The notes beneath the pieces were generated by a model. It did no database searches. It saw only the letters and a list, made by a program, of their open reading frames with translations, and was not told the origin of the DNA. DNA of 30,871 bases from a virus (taxonomy: Duplodnaviria > Caudoviricetes). Made by a program: the position numbers and the translations under genes. The stretch is from the IMG/VR virus record IMGVR_UViG_3300012948_000013, positions 1-30,871 of that record; one strand, written 5' to 3'. Of this stretch, positions 16,447 to 24,120 are shown piece by piece (position 1 is the first letter of the stretch; each line of letters begins with the position of its first letter).

Positions 16447-17972
16447 TGCCTCCACGATCAAGCGGCCAGAGCGCTGATAGCGCCATTCAAATGGGTTTTC
16501 AAGATAGCACTGGCAAGGCCTGGATGGTCTTCTCCACCACCGGCGCGCCAGTATCCACCCAAGCCATGAGCATTGCCGCGAAACAGGCCGCCCAGGGCAA
16601 GCCTATTCCTTCTGGCCTAGCCGTGGAACCCGCGACCATAGACAGCCAGGGCAATTATTCGCCCTCGACGCAAGGCGGCATGATGCGGGATACCCTTAAT
16701 AGCATGCAGGCCAAGGCGCAAGAGTTGGGGGCCCCGCTGGATTCACCTACACCATGGGGTGGGCCGGTGGTCCAAAAACTCTGGCAACTGATAAAACAGG
16801 CACCAGGGGCGGTGGCGCAGACGGTCGGCACACCGGAAAATATCGGTGGCTTGGTGGGCGGCGTGGTGGGGGGCCTCGCCGGTGGTCCAGAAGGCGCCCT
16901 GCTTGGCACGCTCACCCGCGTCGGACTGACCGGCGGCGGTGTCGCCTTGGGACGCCTGGCGGGCGGCGCCATGGCGGGCGCGCCACCGGATTTACCTACC
17001 GCCGCCGTGCAGGGCGCCATGGCGGGCGCCACTGGGGGGGCGCTCGAACTCACCAACTTCTTTATGAATCAATACCTCACCGCGCCATGGGTGCGCAACA
17101 AGTTGGCCACTGATTTAGTGCAGATGGCCCAGGAGGAACATCCAGGCCTGGCGACTGATCCCCGGCTGTTTAATGCCTACGGCGCCTCTGGTGCCAAACA
17201 GTGGCAAGGCATTGCCCAGAAGATGGGACAGGCCTTACAAACCGATGCCGAAGTCTCGACGCATGAACTTACTGCCAATCTCATGAACGACATTCAACAA
17301 AATGCCCAGGCCGTCTATGCCGGGAAAGTGCCGGAAGACTTGCTCACTCAAGCCACCCAAAAAGCCTTAGTCAGCAACTCCCAGGCCGCTATGGGCGCCT
17401 ATAAGAACTATTTAAACGATGTCGCCAATGGGAAAGACGTCAAACCCCTTATCGAGCTCTTCCTGCCCTATAGCAAGAAGGCCAGCGATCTCATTGCCAA
17501 AGATACGGCAGGCTTTCTTGATGAGCCGGGCGTCAACAGCGTCGTGCAGCAGACCTTTACGGATTATGCCAAGAGCCAAGAGCATACCGTCGCAGGAGCA
17601 CAGTTTCTCGATCTCCTGCGGCAATCTGGGCAAAAGGGGGGGTTTGATCCTCAAACACTCTGGCAGCTAGTGAAGACAAAATATCTCCAAGATCCAGACA
17701 GTCTCACGGGCCGCATGGGCCAGCTCTTAGAAAATAACCCCATGGCGCAACCCATGACGCCAGGGGCTGGACTGGGGAGTAAATATCTGCCGCAGTGGGC
17801 GCAACAAGTCCAGCCTAATGTGCTCTCTGGCAATATGCCCAGCAATATGCCACTAGCCGGCCGCATCGTGAGCCAGGGGATAGGCCCCGCCGAAGGCGCC
17901 GTGAGTGCAGCGTCCGGACCGGTGAGTGAGTCAGCGCTCAAGACATTTAGCGGCAACGAACCAGAGAGGTAA
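16446..17972 (+). CDS. putative internal virion/ejection protein with Gly-rich hydrophobic segment
   Basis: TAATG coupling to the upstream gene; glycine-zipper-like 'GGLVGGVVGGLAGG'. Confidence 0.7.
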   Translation: MPPRSSGQSADSAIQMGFQDSTGKAWMVFSTTGAPVSTQAMSIAAKQAAQGKPIPSGLAVEPATIDSQGNYSPSTQGGMMRDTLNSMQAKAQELGAPLDSPTPWGGPVVQKLWQLIKQAPGAVAQTVGTPENIGGLVGGVVGGLAGGPEGALLGTLTRVGLTGGGVALGRLAGGAMAGAPPDLPTAAVQGAMAGATGGALELTNFFMNQYLTAPWVRNKLATDLVQMAQEEHPGLATDPRLFNAYGASGAKQWQGIAQKMGQALQTDAEVSTHELTANLMNDIQQNAQAVYAGKVPEDLLTQATQKALVSNSQAAMGAYKNYLNDVANGKDVKPLIELFLPYSKKASDLIAKDTAGFLDEPGVNSVVQQTFTDYAKSQEHTVAGAQFLDLLRQSGQKGGFDPQTLWQLVKTKYLQDPDSLTGRMGQLLENNPMAQPMTPGAGLGSKYLPQWAQQVQPNVLSGNMPSNMPLAGRIVSQGIGPAEGAVSAASGPVSESALKTFSGNEPER

Positions 17973-17974
17973 CC

Positions 17975-19546
17975 ATGCCGCTCTCCAACCTCGAAGCCGG
18001 CGCCCAGCCGCTCGCCATGTTCCAACTGCCCACCAAGGGCGTGTGGAAATATACCAGCGCCCATCTGATTCCCCCGGACGCGCTCGCCGATGTGCAAAAC
18101 ATGTTCTTATTCCGCGGCAAACTACGCCCACGGCCCGGTATGACCGATGTGACGTTCTCCTATGGCTCGGGGAGTACCAATCCCATTCTAGGCGGGGCGT
18201 TTTTTATCGGCGGCGCGGGTAATAACCGCGTGGTCGCCATCTCGCGCACCGAATGCCGTGAAGTGACCGGCATCCCCGGTACCTTCGCCACCACCTCCAC
18301 CGGTACCTATGCCGCCAATGACAACAAAGTGCTGGAATTCGATCTCATGTTTGAAGGCGCCAACTTGCGCGGTGTCATGGCCGATAACGCCTCGCCGCTG
18401 CTGCAATATCAAAATACCCTGGGACTCTCTACCATGACCGCGAGTCAGGGCACCATTCCCACCAATGTACAAAGCCTGTGTATCGCGGCGCAGCGTGTCG
18501 TCTGTCTCATTGCCGCCGGCGGCAATGCTAGCTACGCGCAAGACACCCTCATCTGGAGTGCGGTCAACGATCATACCGGCTGGCCCGCCCTGGCCTATGC
18601 CCCCGCCAATGCGACCCAGGATATCGGCACGTGTGTGCGGCAATTAGGCAGTATTGGCGCCGCCATCTATAAAAAGCGCAGTATCTATGTGGTCCGGGCT
18701 CGCCCTGGCACCGATGCCTCAGCCTTTAGTCTCTCCGAACCGTTCAAAGCCGAAGGCCCGGCCGGAGCGCATGCCCTCGTGCCCATCGAGGGCCGCCATA
18801 TTTACATGACCGAGAATGGCCGCTTAGGCATCTTCGACGGCACGCGCTACCCGGTCTGGTTTGCCGATCATTTATGGCAGTATCTGCAAGAGGATATTGA
18901 CCACACGTACGCCTATAAAATCCTCGGTGTCTATAGCTACCGGCATAAAGCCATCCTGTTTTTCTATCCGCGCGCCTCCGATGGTACCGGCGCCCTGGTC
19001 GGCCTGGTCATGGTGACCATTCCGCCGATCGAGATGGCCGCCGATCCACTCCTCCAGAGTGCAGCCTGGCTCGGCGTGACCAGCAATCCCCCCACTTTTG
19101 GGCTCACCGTCTTCCCATCCGCGACTGAGCCACAAACCATGCTGTTTGATGCCTCGCGACGCATCTGTTACTTCGACCAGGCGGCCACGAGCGATGTGGG
19201 CGCCGCCTTTACCGGCTTTCTGCAGACGCCACTCATCCCTATCCCTGGCTTAGTCACCCAGCAAATCAACGTTGAGACGTTCTTAGAACGCCTGGCGGGT
19301 TACGGGACGGTGCAGTTGCAGTTGGTCACCAACAATATGCTGGATTCGTTACTTGGCACGCTGAGTGGGTTGCAGAATATTGATCTCACCCAAACGCCGG
19401 TCCGGGAGTATTATGGCTTCAACACGCCGGCGCGTTTTGTCGGTATTCGCCTATCCTTCACCAGCACGTCGGCGCGGCCATTCTACGCCGGCGCCGGCCT
19501 CTACGGCCGCACTACGCTCCCCAATGGGCAACCGGCAAGGGGCTAA
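17975..19546 (+). CDS. podovirus tail nozzle / stabilisation protein (P22 gp10 or tail tubular B-like)
   Basis: 523 aa, beta-rich; N-terminal 'A...QN......L..RPG' and 'LIWSA..D...W' signatures typical of nozzle proteins. Confidence 0.75.
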   Translation: MPLSNLEAGAQPLAMFQLPTKGVWKYTSAHLIPPDALADVQNMFLFRGKLRPRPGMTDVTFSYGSGSTNPILGGAFFIGGAGNNRVVAISRTECREVTGIPGTFATTSTGTYAANDNKVLEFDLMFEGANLRGVMADNASPLLQYQNTLGLSTMTASQGTIPTNVQSLCIAAQRVVCLIAAGGNASYAQDTLIWSAVNDHTGWPALAYAPANATQDIGTCVRQLGSIGAAIYKKRSIYVVRARPGTDASAFSLSEPFKAEGPAGAHALVPIEGRHIYMTENGRLGIFDGTRYPVWFADHLWQYLQEDIDHTYAYKILGVYSYRHKAILFFYPRASDGTGALVGLVMVTIPPIEMAADPLLQSAAWLGVTSNPPTFGLTVFPSATEPQTMLFDASRRICYFDQAATSDVGAAFTGFLQTPLIPIPGLVTQQINVETFLERLAGYGTVQLQLVTNNMLDSLLGTLSGLQNIDLTQTPVREYYGFNTPARFVGIRLSFTSTSARPFYAGAGLYGRTTLPNGQPARG

Positions 19547-19548
19547 GC

Positions 19549-20178
19549 ATGAGTCAATATATCTATGATCCGCCCATGTCGATCGGCATGGTGGACTATG
19601 ATCTCTACAACGTCGTCGATTGGTTGTGGAAGGCCATGGTACCGACGGTGGATCAGCTCTATACGACGCTCAATGACCAACAAACGCAGCTCACCTCACA
19701 GCAACAGCAACTGCAAACCCAACAAAATCAACTGCAAACCCAGCAAAATCAATTGCAGGCGCAGCAAGACGCCATGAACAACGCGCTGACGCAGGAAGCC
19801 GTGAATCTGACGCTCACGGGTAACGGGTTTGTCAGCGCGCCCACGGTGACCGCGGTGTATCTCCGGCAAGGCCGCATGGTGACGCTCACCTTTCCCTCGC
19901 TGAGCGCCTTAAGTAACGCTAACACCTTTACCATTACCGGCCTGGGTACGAGCCGAGCGCCGGCGACGACCATCTATCAACTGGTCTGGGGACAAGATAA
20001 CGGCACTGCGACGCTGATATACCTGCAACTGGATTCGACGGCGGTCATTTCCTGTGCGCGCTGGAATGTCAACGTCATCGACACGGGTCCCACGCCCGGC
20101 TATATGACCGCTGTCGCCTGGACCACCTCAGGCTCCAAAGGCATTGCCGGCACGACACTGGTATGGGCCCTGCCGTGA
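19549..20178 (+). CDS. putative tail needle (coiled coil plus C-terminal beta knob)
   Basis: Heptad 'QLQTQQN' repeats from 21-bp tandem units (19708-19749), then a beta-rich domain; follows the nozzle gene. Confidence 0.55.
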   Translation: MSQYIYDPPMSIGMVDYDLYNVVDWLWKAMVPTVDQLYTTLNDQQTQLTSQQQQLQTQQNQLQTQQNQLQAQQDAMNNALTQEAVNLTLTGNGFVSAPTVTAVYLRQGRMVTLTFPSLSALSNANTFTITGLGTSRAPATTIYQLVWGQDNGTATLIYLQLDSTAVISCARWNVNVIDTGPTPGYMTAVAWTTSGSKGIAGTTLVWALP

Positions 20179-20221
20179 AAGGTGTTCAACGTTTTTTCAA
20201 TGTTGGAAAAGGTAACTAAAT

Positions 20222-20986
20222 GTGAATCGCTATTCTCGTGACCAGATATGTAACGTGGCCCTAGACGTCGCACAACTGCCGAACCTTGATGTACATGATA
20301 GACCTAATGCACCTACTATAGCAGCAGGAGCATTTTGTATCCAGTGGTTACAGGATATACTGGACTACTATTATCACATGTGTCCGTTCTCGGCCACCAT
20401 TGCGACCGCCACCACGGTCATTCCCCAGGCGCAGGACTGGTATCTCTTACCGGCGGATTTTATCCTTGATGTCCGCAACGGCGCCCTGGTGCAGACGATT
20501 GCGGGCGATCCGCTCAGTTATAAAAGAGCCGTCCGTGTCCCCTTGCAAAAGTGGTTAAACCGACAGATCAGCACCCAGAAATCCGTGGGTGTTCTCTATC
20601 CGAGCTATTACTGCATTTTTGGCGACGATGGCGTGCCCACGGCCAGGCAGCAGCGTATTCACTTTACGCCGGATCCCAGTGTTGCCGTATCGACCATTTT
20701 GTACTACTATCAGCTACCGCCCATTCTCACCGCCAACGACAAGCCGAAATTCCCCAATGACTACGTGTGTATCGAGTATGTACGCATCCGCGCCTTAGAA
20801 TGGGCCCGCGTCTATGATCCGGGGACGGCGCAGAAGTTTGCCGAGAAGGTGGTGGCGGGGATGAAGGCCGCGGGGCTCATGAACGAACCGGAAGACGATG
20901 AGATTCCCTTTGATGAACTGACGTTCAGGAAGCGCACCAGCCAGGCGCTGTTGTCGCAGAATACGTATGCGTGGATGGGACCGTGA
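20222..20986 (+). CDS. head-tail adaptor protein (tail tubular A-like)
   Basis: 'I.N.AL', 'WYLLPADF', 'PSYY', 'F.P.P' and 'YY..PP.L....D.P.FP' are adaptor-family motifs. Confidence 0.75.
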   Translation: MNRYSRDQICNVALDVAQLPNLDVHDRPNAPTIAAGAFCIQWLQDILDYYYHMCPFSATIATATTVIPQAQDWYLLPADFILDVRNGALVQTIAGDPLSYKRAVRVPLQKWLNRQISTQKSVGVLYPSYYCIFGDDGVPTARQQRIHFTPDPSVAVSTILYYYQLPPILTANDKPKFPNDYVCIEYVRIRALEWARVYDPGTAQKFAEKVVAGMKAAGLMNEPEDDEIPFDELTFRKRTSQALLSQNTYAWMGP

Positions 20987-22653
20987 TGGAAAAGGAGCAG
21001 GAAGTAGGAAGCAGGAAGCACGAAGTTGGGAATCCCATTCTCGCTCCTCGCTCCATGCTTCCCGCTTCTCCCCTAAAACCCATACCATTGCAGGCCTATT
21101 TTGCCGATTGCTGCTTGCCGCATTGTCCGTCTGCTGGCAATGTGCACCAGCACGTCCTGCCACACCAGCGACGCATCCTGGATAGTCGGGCCGATTATGT
21201 GTACTGCCAGGGCGGCGTAGGGTCGGCCAAAAGCGAGGCGTTTGCCGCCAAAGTGGTGCGGCTGGCGCTGGGTGTCGAAAAGAATATCGGCGTGGTGTGC
21301 AGGAAGGATTATAAGCTGCTCTATAAAAGCTCCTGGCTGGCAGTAAAGCAGGTCTTAGCGCGCTTGCATGAGCGGCACTATATCCCCAAGCCCGTCTATA
21401 GTGACAAGCGCCAGGGCGACTATACGACCATTACGCTGGCCAATGGCTCGATCATTTATGCCATGCAGGGCAAGGCGTGGCAGGAGGGCTTAGGGCCGTC
21501 CTACGGGTTTTTCTGGGTGGATGACGCCATGGAGAGCCTGGAGGAAATGTTTGTAGGGACGGATGTGTCAGCCGGGCTGCTGTCGCGTCTGCGCCTACCG
21601 CATGTGCGCTATCACCAGGAAGGGAGTGAGGTGGTGAACCGCCTCCAGGGTCTGGTGTCGTCTAATCCACCGCCGGTGGGGCACTGGCTGCATAAACTCT
21701 TTGGCAAGGAGCCGGGCGAGTACGCCTTAGGTGTGCACCGGGTGGAATGGCTGCAGACGGCGACGGTGGACAACCCATTTCTTGGACCCGAGTATGCCAA
21801 AGGGCTCATTGCCGCACAGACCCGCATGGGGCGCCATCTCAACGTCGCCAGGCGGGTGATTTACGGCGAAAGTATCCCGGCCTACGGTGGTCAGGCCGTG
21901 TTCCCGCAGTTTAGCCACGCGCGCCATGTCGGTATCTACCGTTACGATGCTGCGCTGCCACTGGTCTTGGGGTGGGATTTTGGGCTGCATCATCCGGCCG
22001 TCGTCTGCGCCCAGCTGCTCCGGTGTCAGTACGGCACGCAACACTATTTTAGTATCTCGGAAATCGCCGACGCCTTTTCTCTCACCGTGCATTCGCTCTG
22101 GGAAGATCATGTGCGGCCGCATATGCGCGAGCGCGGTTACGACAAGCATAACCTCGTACTCCATGCCGGAGACCGTGCCGGCTGGCGCAATGTGTCCACC
22201 TCCCGCGATCGCCGCGGGGACATGAAAATTCTCAAGGAAGAGTACAATTTACACCCCTTTCGCTACAAAGAACTGAACCTGAATAACAGCCTGCAATACA
22301 TGCGGCATTTGCTGGACCCCAAGAAACCATGCCGCTGTGGCCGGGAACTCGTGGGCTTTGACCAGCTCGGTTGTCCGGTCTTGATTGGCGCCCTGGAAGG
22401 GGGCTATAAATATACCAAAACGCGCCAGGGGCAAGTGTCCGACAAGCCATTTGAGGACCGCTACTTTGCCGATGTGGCGTGCGCCTGGCGCTACGGCGCG
22501 GAAAACTACGTGCGCTTTGGCGTCCCCTGGGAGATGCGCCTTCCTACCACGGCAGAAGTGGACGAGCCGCGCCACTTTTCTGGCTTTGGCCACCGCGAAC
22601 TCCCCTGGGAATGGATGAACGACCGCGACATGGCGCAGCTTGTCAGGCAGTAG
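20986..22653 (+). CDS. terL: terminase large subunit
   Basis: 'LPHQ' Q-motif, Walker A-like GGVGSAKS, Walker B-like FFWVDDA, motif III 'SSNP', 'DNPFL', nuclease 'GWDFG' and 'DVACAWRY'. ATG 20986 overlaps the upstream TGA. Confidence 0.92.
   Translation: MEKEQEVGSRKHEVGNPILAPRSMLPASPLKPIPLQAYFADCCLPHCPSAGNVHQHVLPHQRRILDSRADYVYCQGGVGSAKSEAFAAKVVRLALGVEKNIGVVCRKDYKLLYKSSWLAVKQVLARLHERHYIPKPVYSDKRQGDYTTITLANGSIIYAMQGKAWQEGLGPSYGFFWVDDAMESLEEMFVGTDVSAGLLSRLRLPHVRYHQEGSEVVNRLQGLVSSNPPPVGHWLHKLFGKEPGEYALGVHRVEWLQTATVDNPFLGPEYAKGLIAAQTRMGRHLNVARRVIYGESIPAYGGQAVFPQFSHARHVGIYRYDAALPLVLGWDFGLHHPAVVCAQLLRCQYGTQHYFSISEIADAFSLTVHSLWEDHVRPHMRERGYDKHNLVLHAGDRAGWRNVSTSRDRRGDMKILKEEYNLHPFRYKELNLNNSLQYMRHLLDPKKPCRCGRELVGFDQLGCPVLIGALEGGYKYTKTRQGQVSDKPFEDRYFADVACAWRYGAENYVRFGVPWEMRLPTTAEVDEPRHFSGFGHRELPWEWMNDRDMAQLVRQ
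20988..21072. repeat. family-A element forming the terminase N-terminus or leader
   Basis: GGAGCAGGAAGTAGGAAGCAGGAAGCAC, core GAAGTTGGGAATCCCATTC, then TCGCTCCTCGCTCCATGCTTCCCGCTTCTCC. Confidence 0.88.
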
Positions 22654-22655
22654 CG

Positions 22656-22772
22656 AGGAGCAGAAGCAGGAAGCCAGAAGCCAGAAGCCAGAAGTCCGAA
22701 GTCCCATTCGTGCTTCGTGCTTCCTGCTTCTTGCTTCTCCTCAGGAGCAAGGAGCGCGAAGTGGGAGAAGCA
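22656..22772. repeat. family-A element plus an extra purine arm after terL
   Basis: GAGGAGCAGAAGCAGGAAGCCAGAAGCCAGAAGCCA, core GAAGTCCGAAGTCCCATTC, then GTGCTTCGTGCTTCCTGCTTCTTGCTTCTCCTC, then GGAGCAAGGAGCGCGAAGTGGGAGAAGC. Confidence 0.88.
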
Positions 22773-23093
22773 ATGCAGCATAAAATCTCGTCATGGAACC
22801 AGGTATATAAGGAGGTGTGCGCCTCGATGTATAGCGTGAGTGCAGCCTGGAATAGGCGCTGGCCTGTCTTGGGTGGCAACGCAGCGGAACCTGACGTAGA
22901 AGAAGAAGAGGAGCAAGAAGCCGGGAGCGAGGAGCAAGAAGCCGGGAGCGAGGAGCAAGAAGCCGGGAGCGAGGAGCAAGAAGAGGACGAGGAGGCGCCA
23001 GAAGAAGTGCCCGAAGACGTGCCCGAAGAGGTGGAAGATGGAACCATCAGAGATGGAGAGCCCGGCGGATACCGTTATAATGCTTTCCTCTAA
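22773..23093 (+). CDS. small highly acidic protein with EEQEAGS repeats (start uncertain: 22773 or 22827)
   Basis: Open frame with a Glu-rich tract; the longer ORF-track version (22479) is an artefact of the repeat. Confidence 0.5.
   Translation: MQHKISSWNQVYKEVCASMYSVSAAWNRRWPVLGGNAAEPDVEEEEEQEAGSEEQEAGSEEQEAGSEEQEEDEEAPEEVPEDVPEEVEDGTIRDGEPGGYRYNAFL
22908..22983 (+). repeat. 21-bp tandem repeat GAGGAGCAAGAAGCCGGGAGC x3.6 (three family-A heptamers per unit)
   Basis: Units at 22908, 22929, 22950 and partial 22971. Confidence 0.92.
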
Positions 23094-23298
23094 TGTCATT
23101 GCCACCGTCATGGAGGCGTATTTTAACGCGGAGCTGTTCCGCCATCCAGTCGCCATCGTGGATTTACGCCCGACGGAGACGGGCTATATGTTCTCGCTGG
23201 CGCTCTCCGGGCCAGAGGCCGCACTACGGGCGCCAGCCGGGCTGGAGAGGCACAATGGCCGTGATGCGCGGGGCAGGTTCACCGCGCGCGAGATGTAA
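23038..23298 (+). CDS. hypothetical protein ending in an RDARGRF motif
   Basis: GAGGTGG upstream of ATG; globular-looking core; RDxxGRF is a common phage terminal motif. Confidence 0.6.
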   Translation: MEPSEMESPADTVIMLSSNVIATVMEAYFNAELFRHPVAIVDLRPTETGYMFSLALSGPEAALRAPAGLERHNGRDARGRFTAREM

Positions 23299-23308
23299 GG
23301 AGATAACC

Positions 23309-23692
23309 ATGCCAGTTAAAGAGGGCGCTGAGAAGGTATACGGACGTATCGTCGGGTCCATGATTAACCGCGGGCACACCCAGGCGGACGCCAAAAAGAT
23401 TGCCGATAAGGCCACCAGTAAGCGCGGCGTCAACGACAAAGGCCTGACGCCGGCGCGGGCCGGCAATATCAAGACCAAAGATCAGGGGCCTTCGGAGGCC
23501 CAGAAACAAAGTCCATCACCGTACGGCTCGAATACCTACGGCGGCGGCATCGGTACAGACGCCAAGACGGCGCCTGGTTCTCTCACACAGCAACGGGTAG
23601 CGCCATCTAGTGCCACGGCGCCTGGACCAGGTCCGGGCAAAAGCGGGGAATACTGGTGTACCGATCCCACCACCGAGAAAGCCAACGTATGA
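23309..23692 (+). CDS. basic hypothetical protein
   Basis: TAAGGAG RBS before ATG 23309; ATGA overlap with the next gene. Confidence 0.7.
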   Translation: MPVKEGAEKVYGRIVGSMINRGHTQADAKKIADKATSKRGVNDKGLTPARAGNIKTKDQGPSEAQKQSPSPYGSNTYGGGIGTDAKTAPGSLTQQRVAPSSATAPGPGPGKSGEYWCTDPTTEKANV

Positions 23693-24111
23693 CCATCAAA
23701 ACACGGCAGACGCTTATAGGTATCGCAGTAGCCATAGCCGTGGCTGCAGCGGGCGCCTTCCTGGTGCTCTCTCCCACCTCAAGCGATGGTCAGCCCACCA
23801 CTACGGGCTCCTGTAAATATACGAAAATCAACACCCAGGGTGTCACCAATCAAGACATCACGGTGTCGAGCACGTCCGTGCCCATCCTCACCGGCAGTGC
23901 CTATCGCTGTAGCGGGCTCATCTACAACTCTGGCGCCGGGGATATGCGGTGTGCCCCGGATACCGCCTTTGTGCCGACCGCCTCGACCGGCATGCTCATT
24001 AAAGCCGGCGCCTCACTCACCTTATCCACCGGCGAAGTCACCAGACAATGGCAGTGTATCCGCACCAGTGCCGATACGAGCGCCAATATTATGGAAGTGT
24101 CAACGCAATAA
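23689..24111 (+). CDS. small beta-rich protein with N-terminal signal or anchor sequence
   Basis: MTIKTRQTLIGIAVAIAVAAAGAFLVLSP, then a Thr/Ser-rich beta domain with four Cys. Confidence 0.72.
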   Translation: MTIKTRQTLIGIAVAIAVAAAGAFLVLSPTSSDGQPTTTGSCKYTKINTQGVTNQDITVSSTSVPILTGSAYRCSGLIYNSGAGDMRCAPDTAFVPTASTGMLIKAGASLTLSTGEVTRQWQCIRTSADTSANIMEVSTQ

Positions 24112-24120
24112 GGAGTGCTC

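Noticed and set aside
22479-22772. Long N-terminal extension of the 22479..23093 ORF
   Set aside because: It overlaps terL out of frame and runs through a repeat element.
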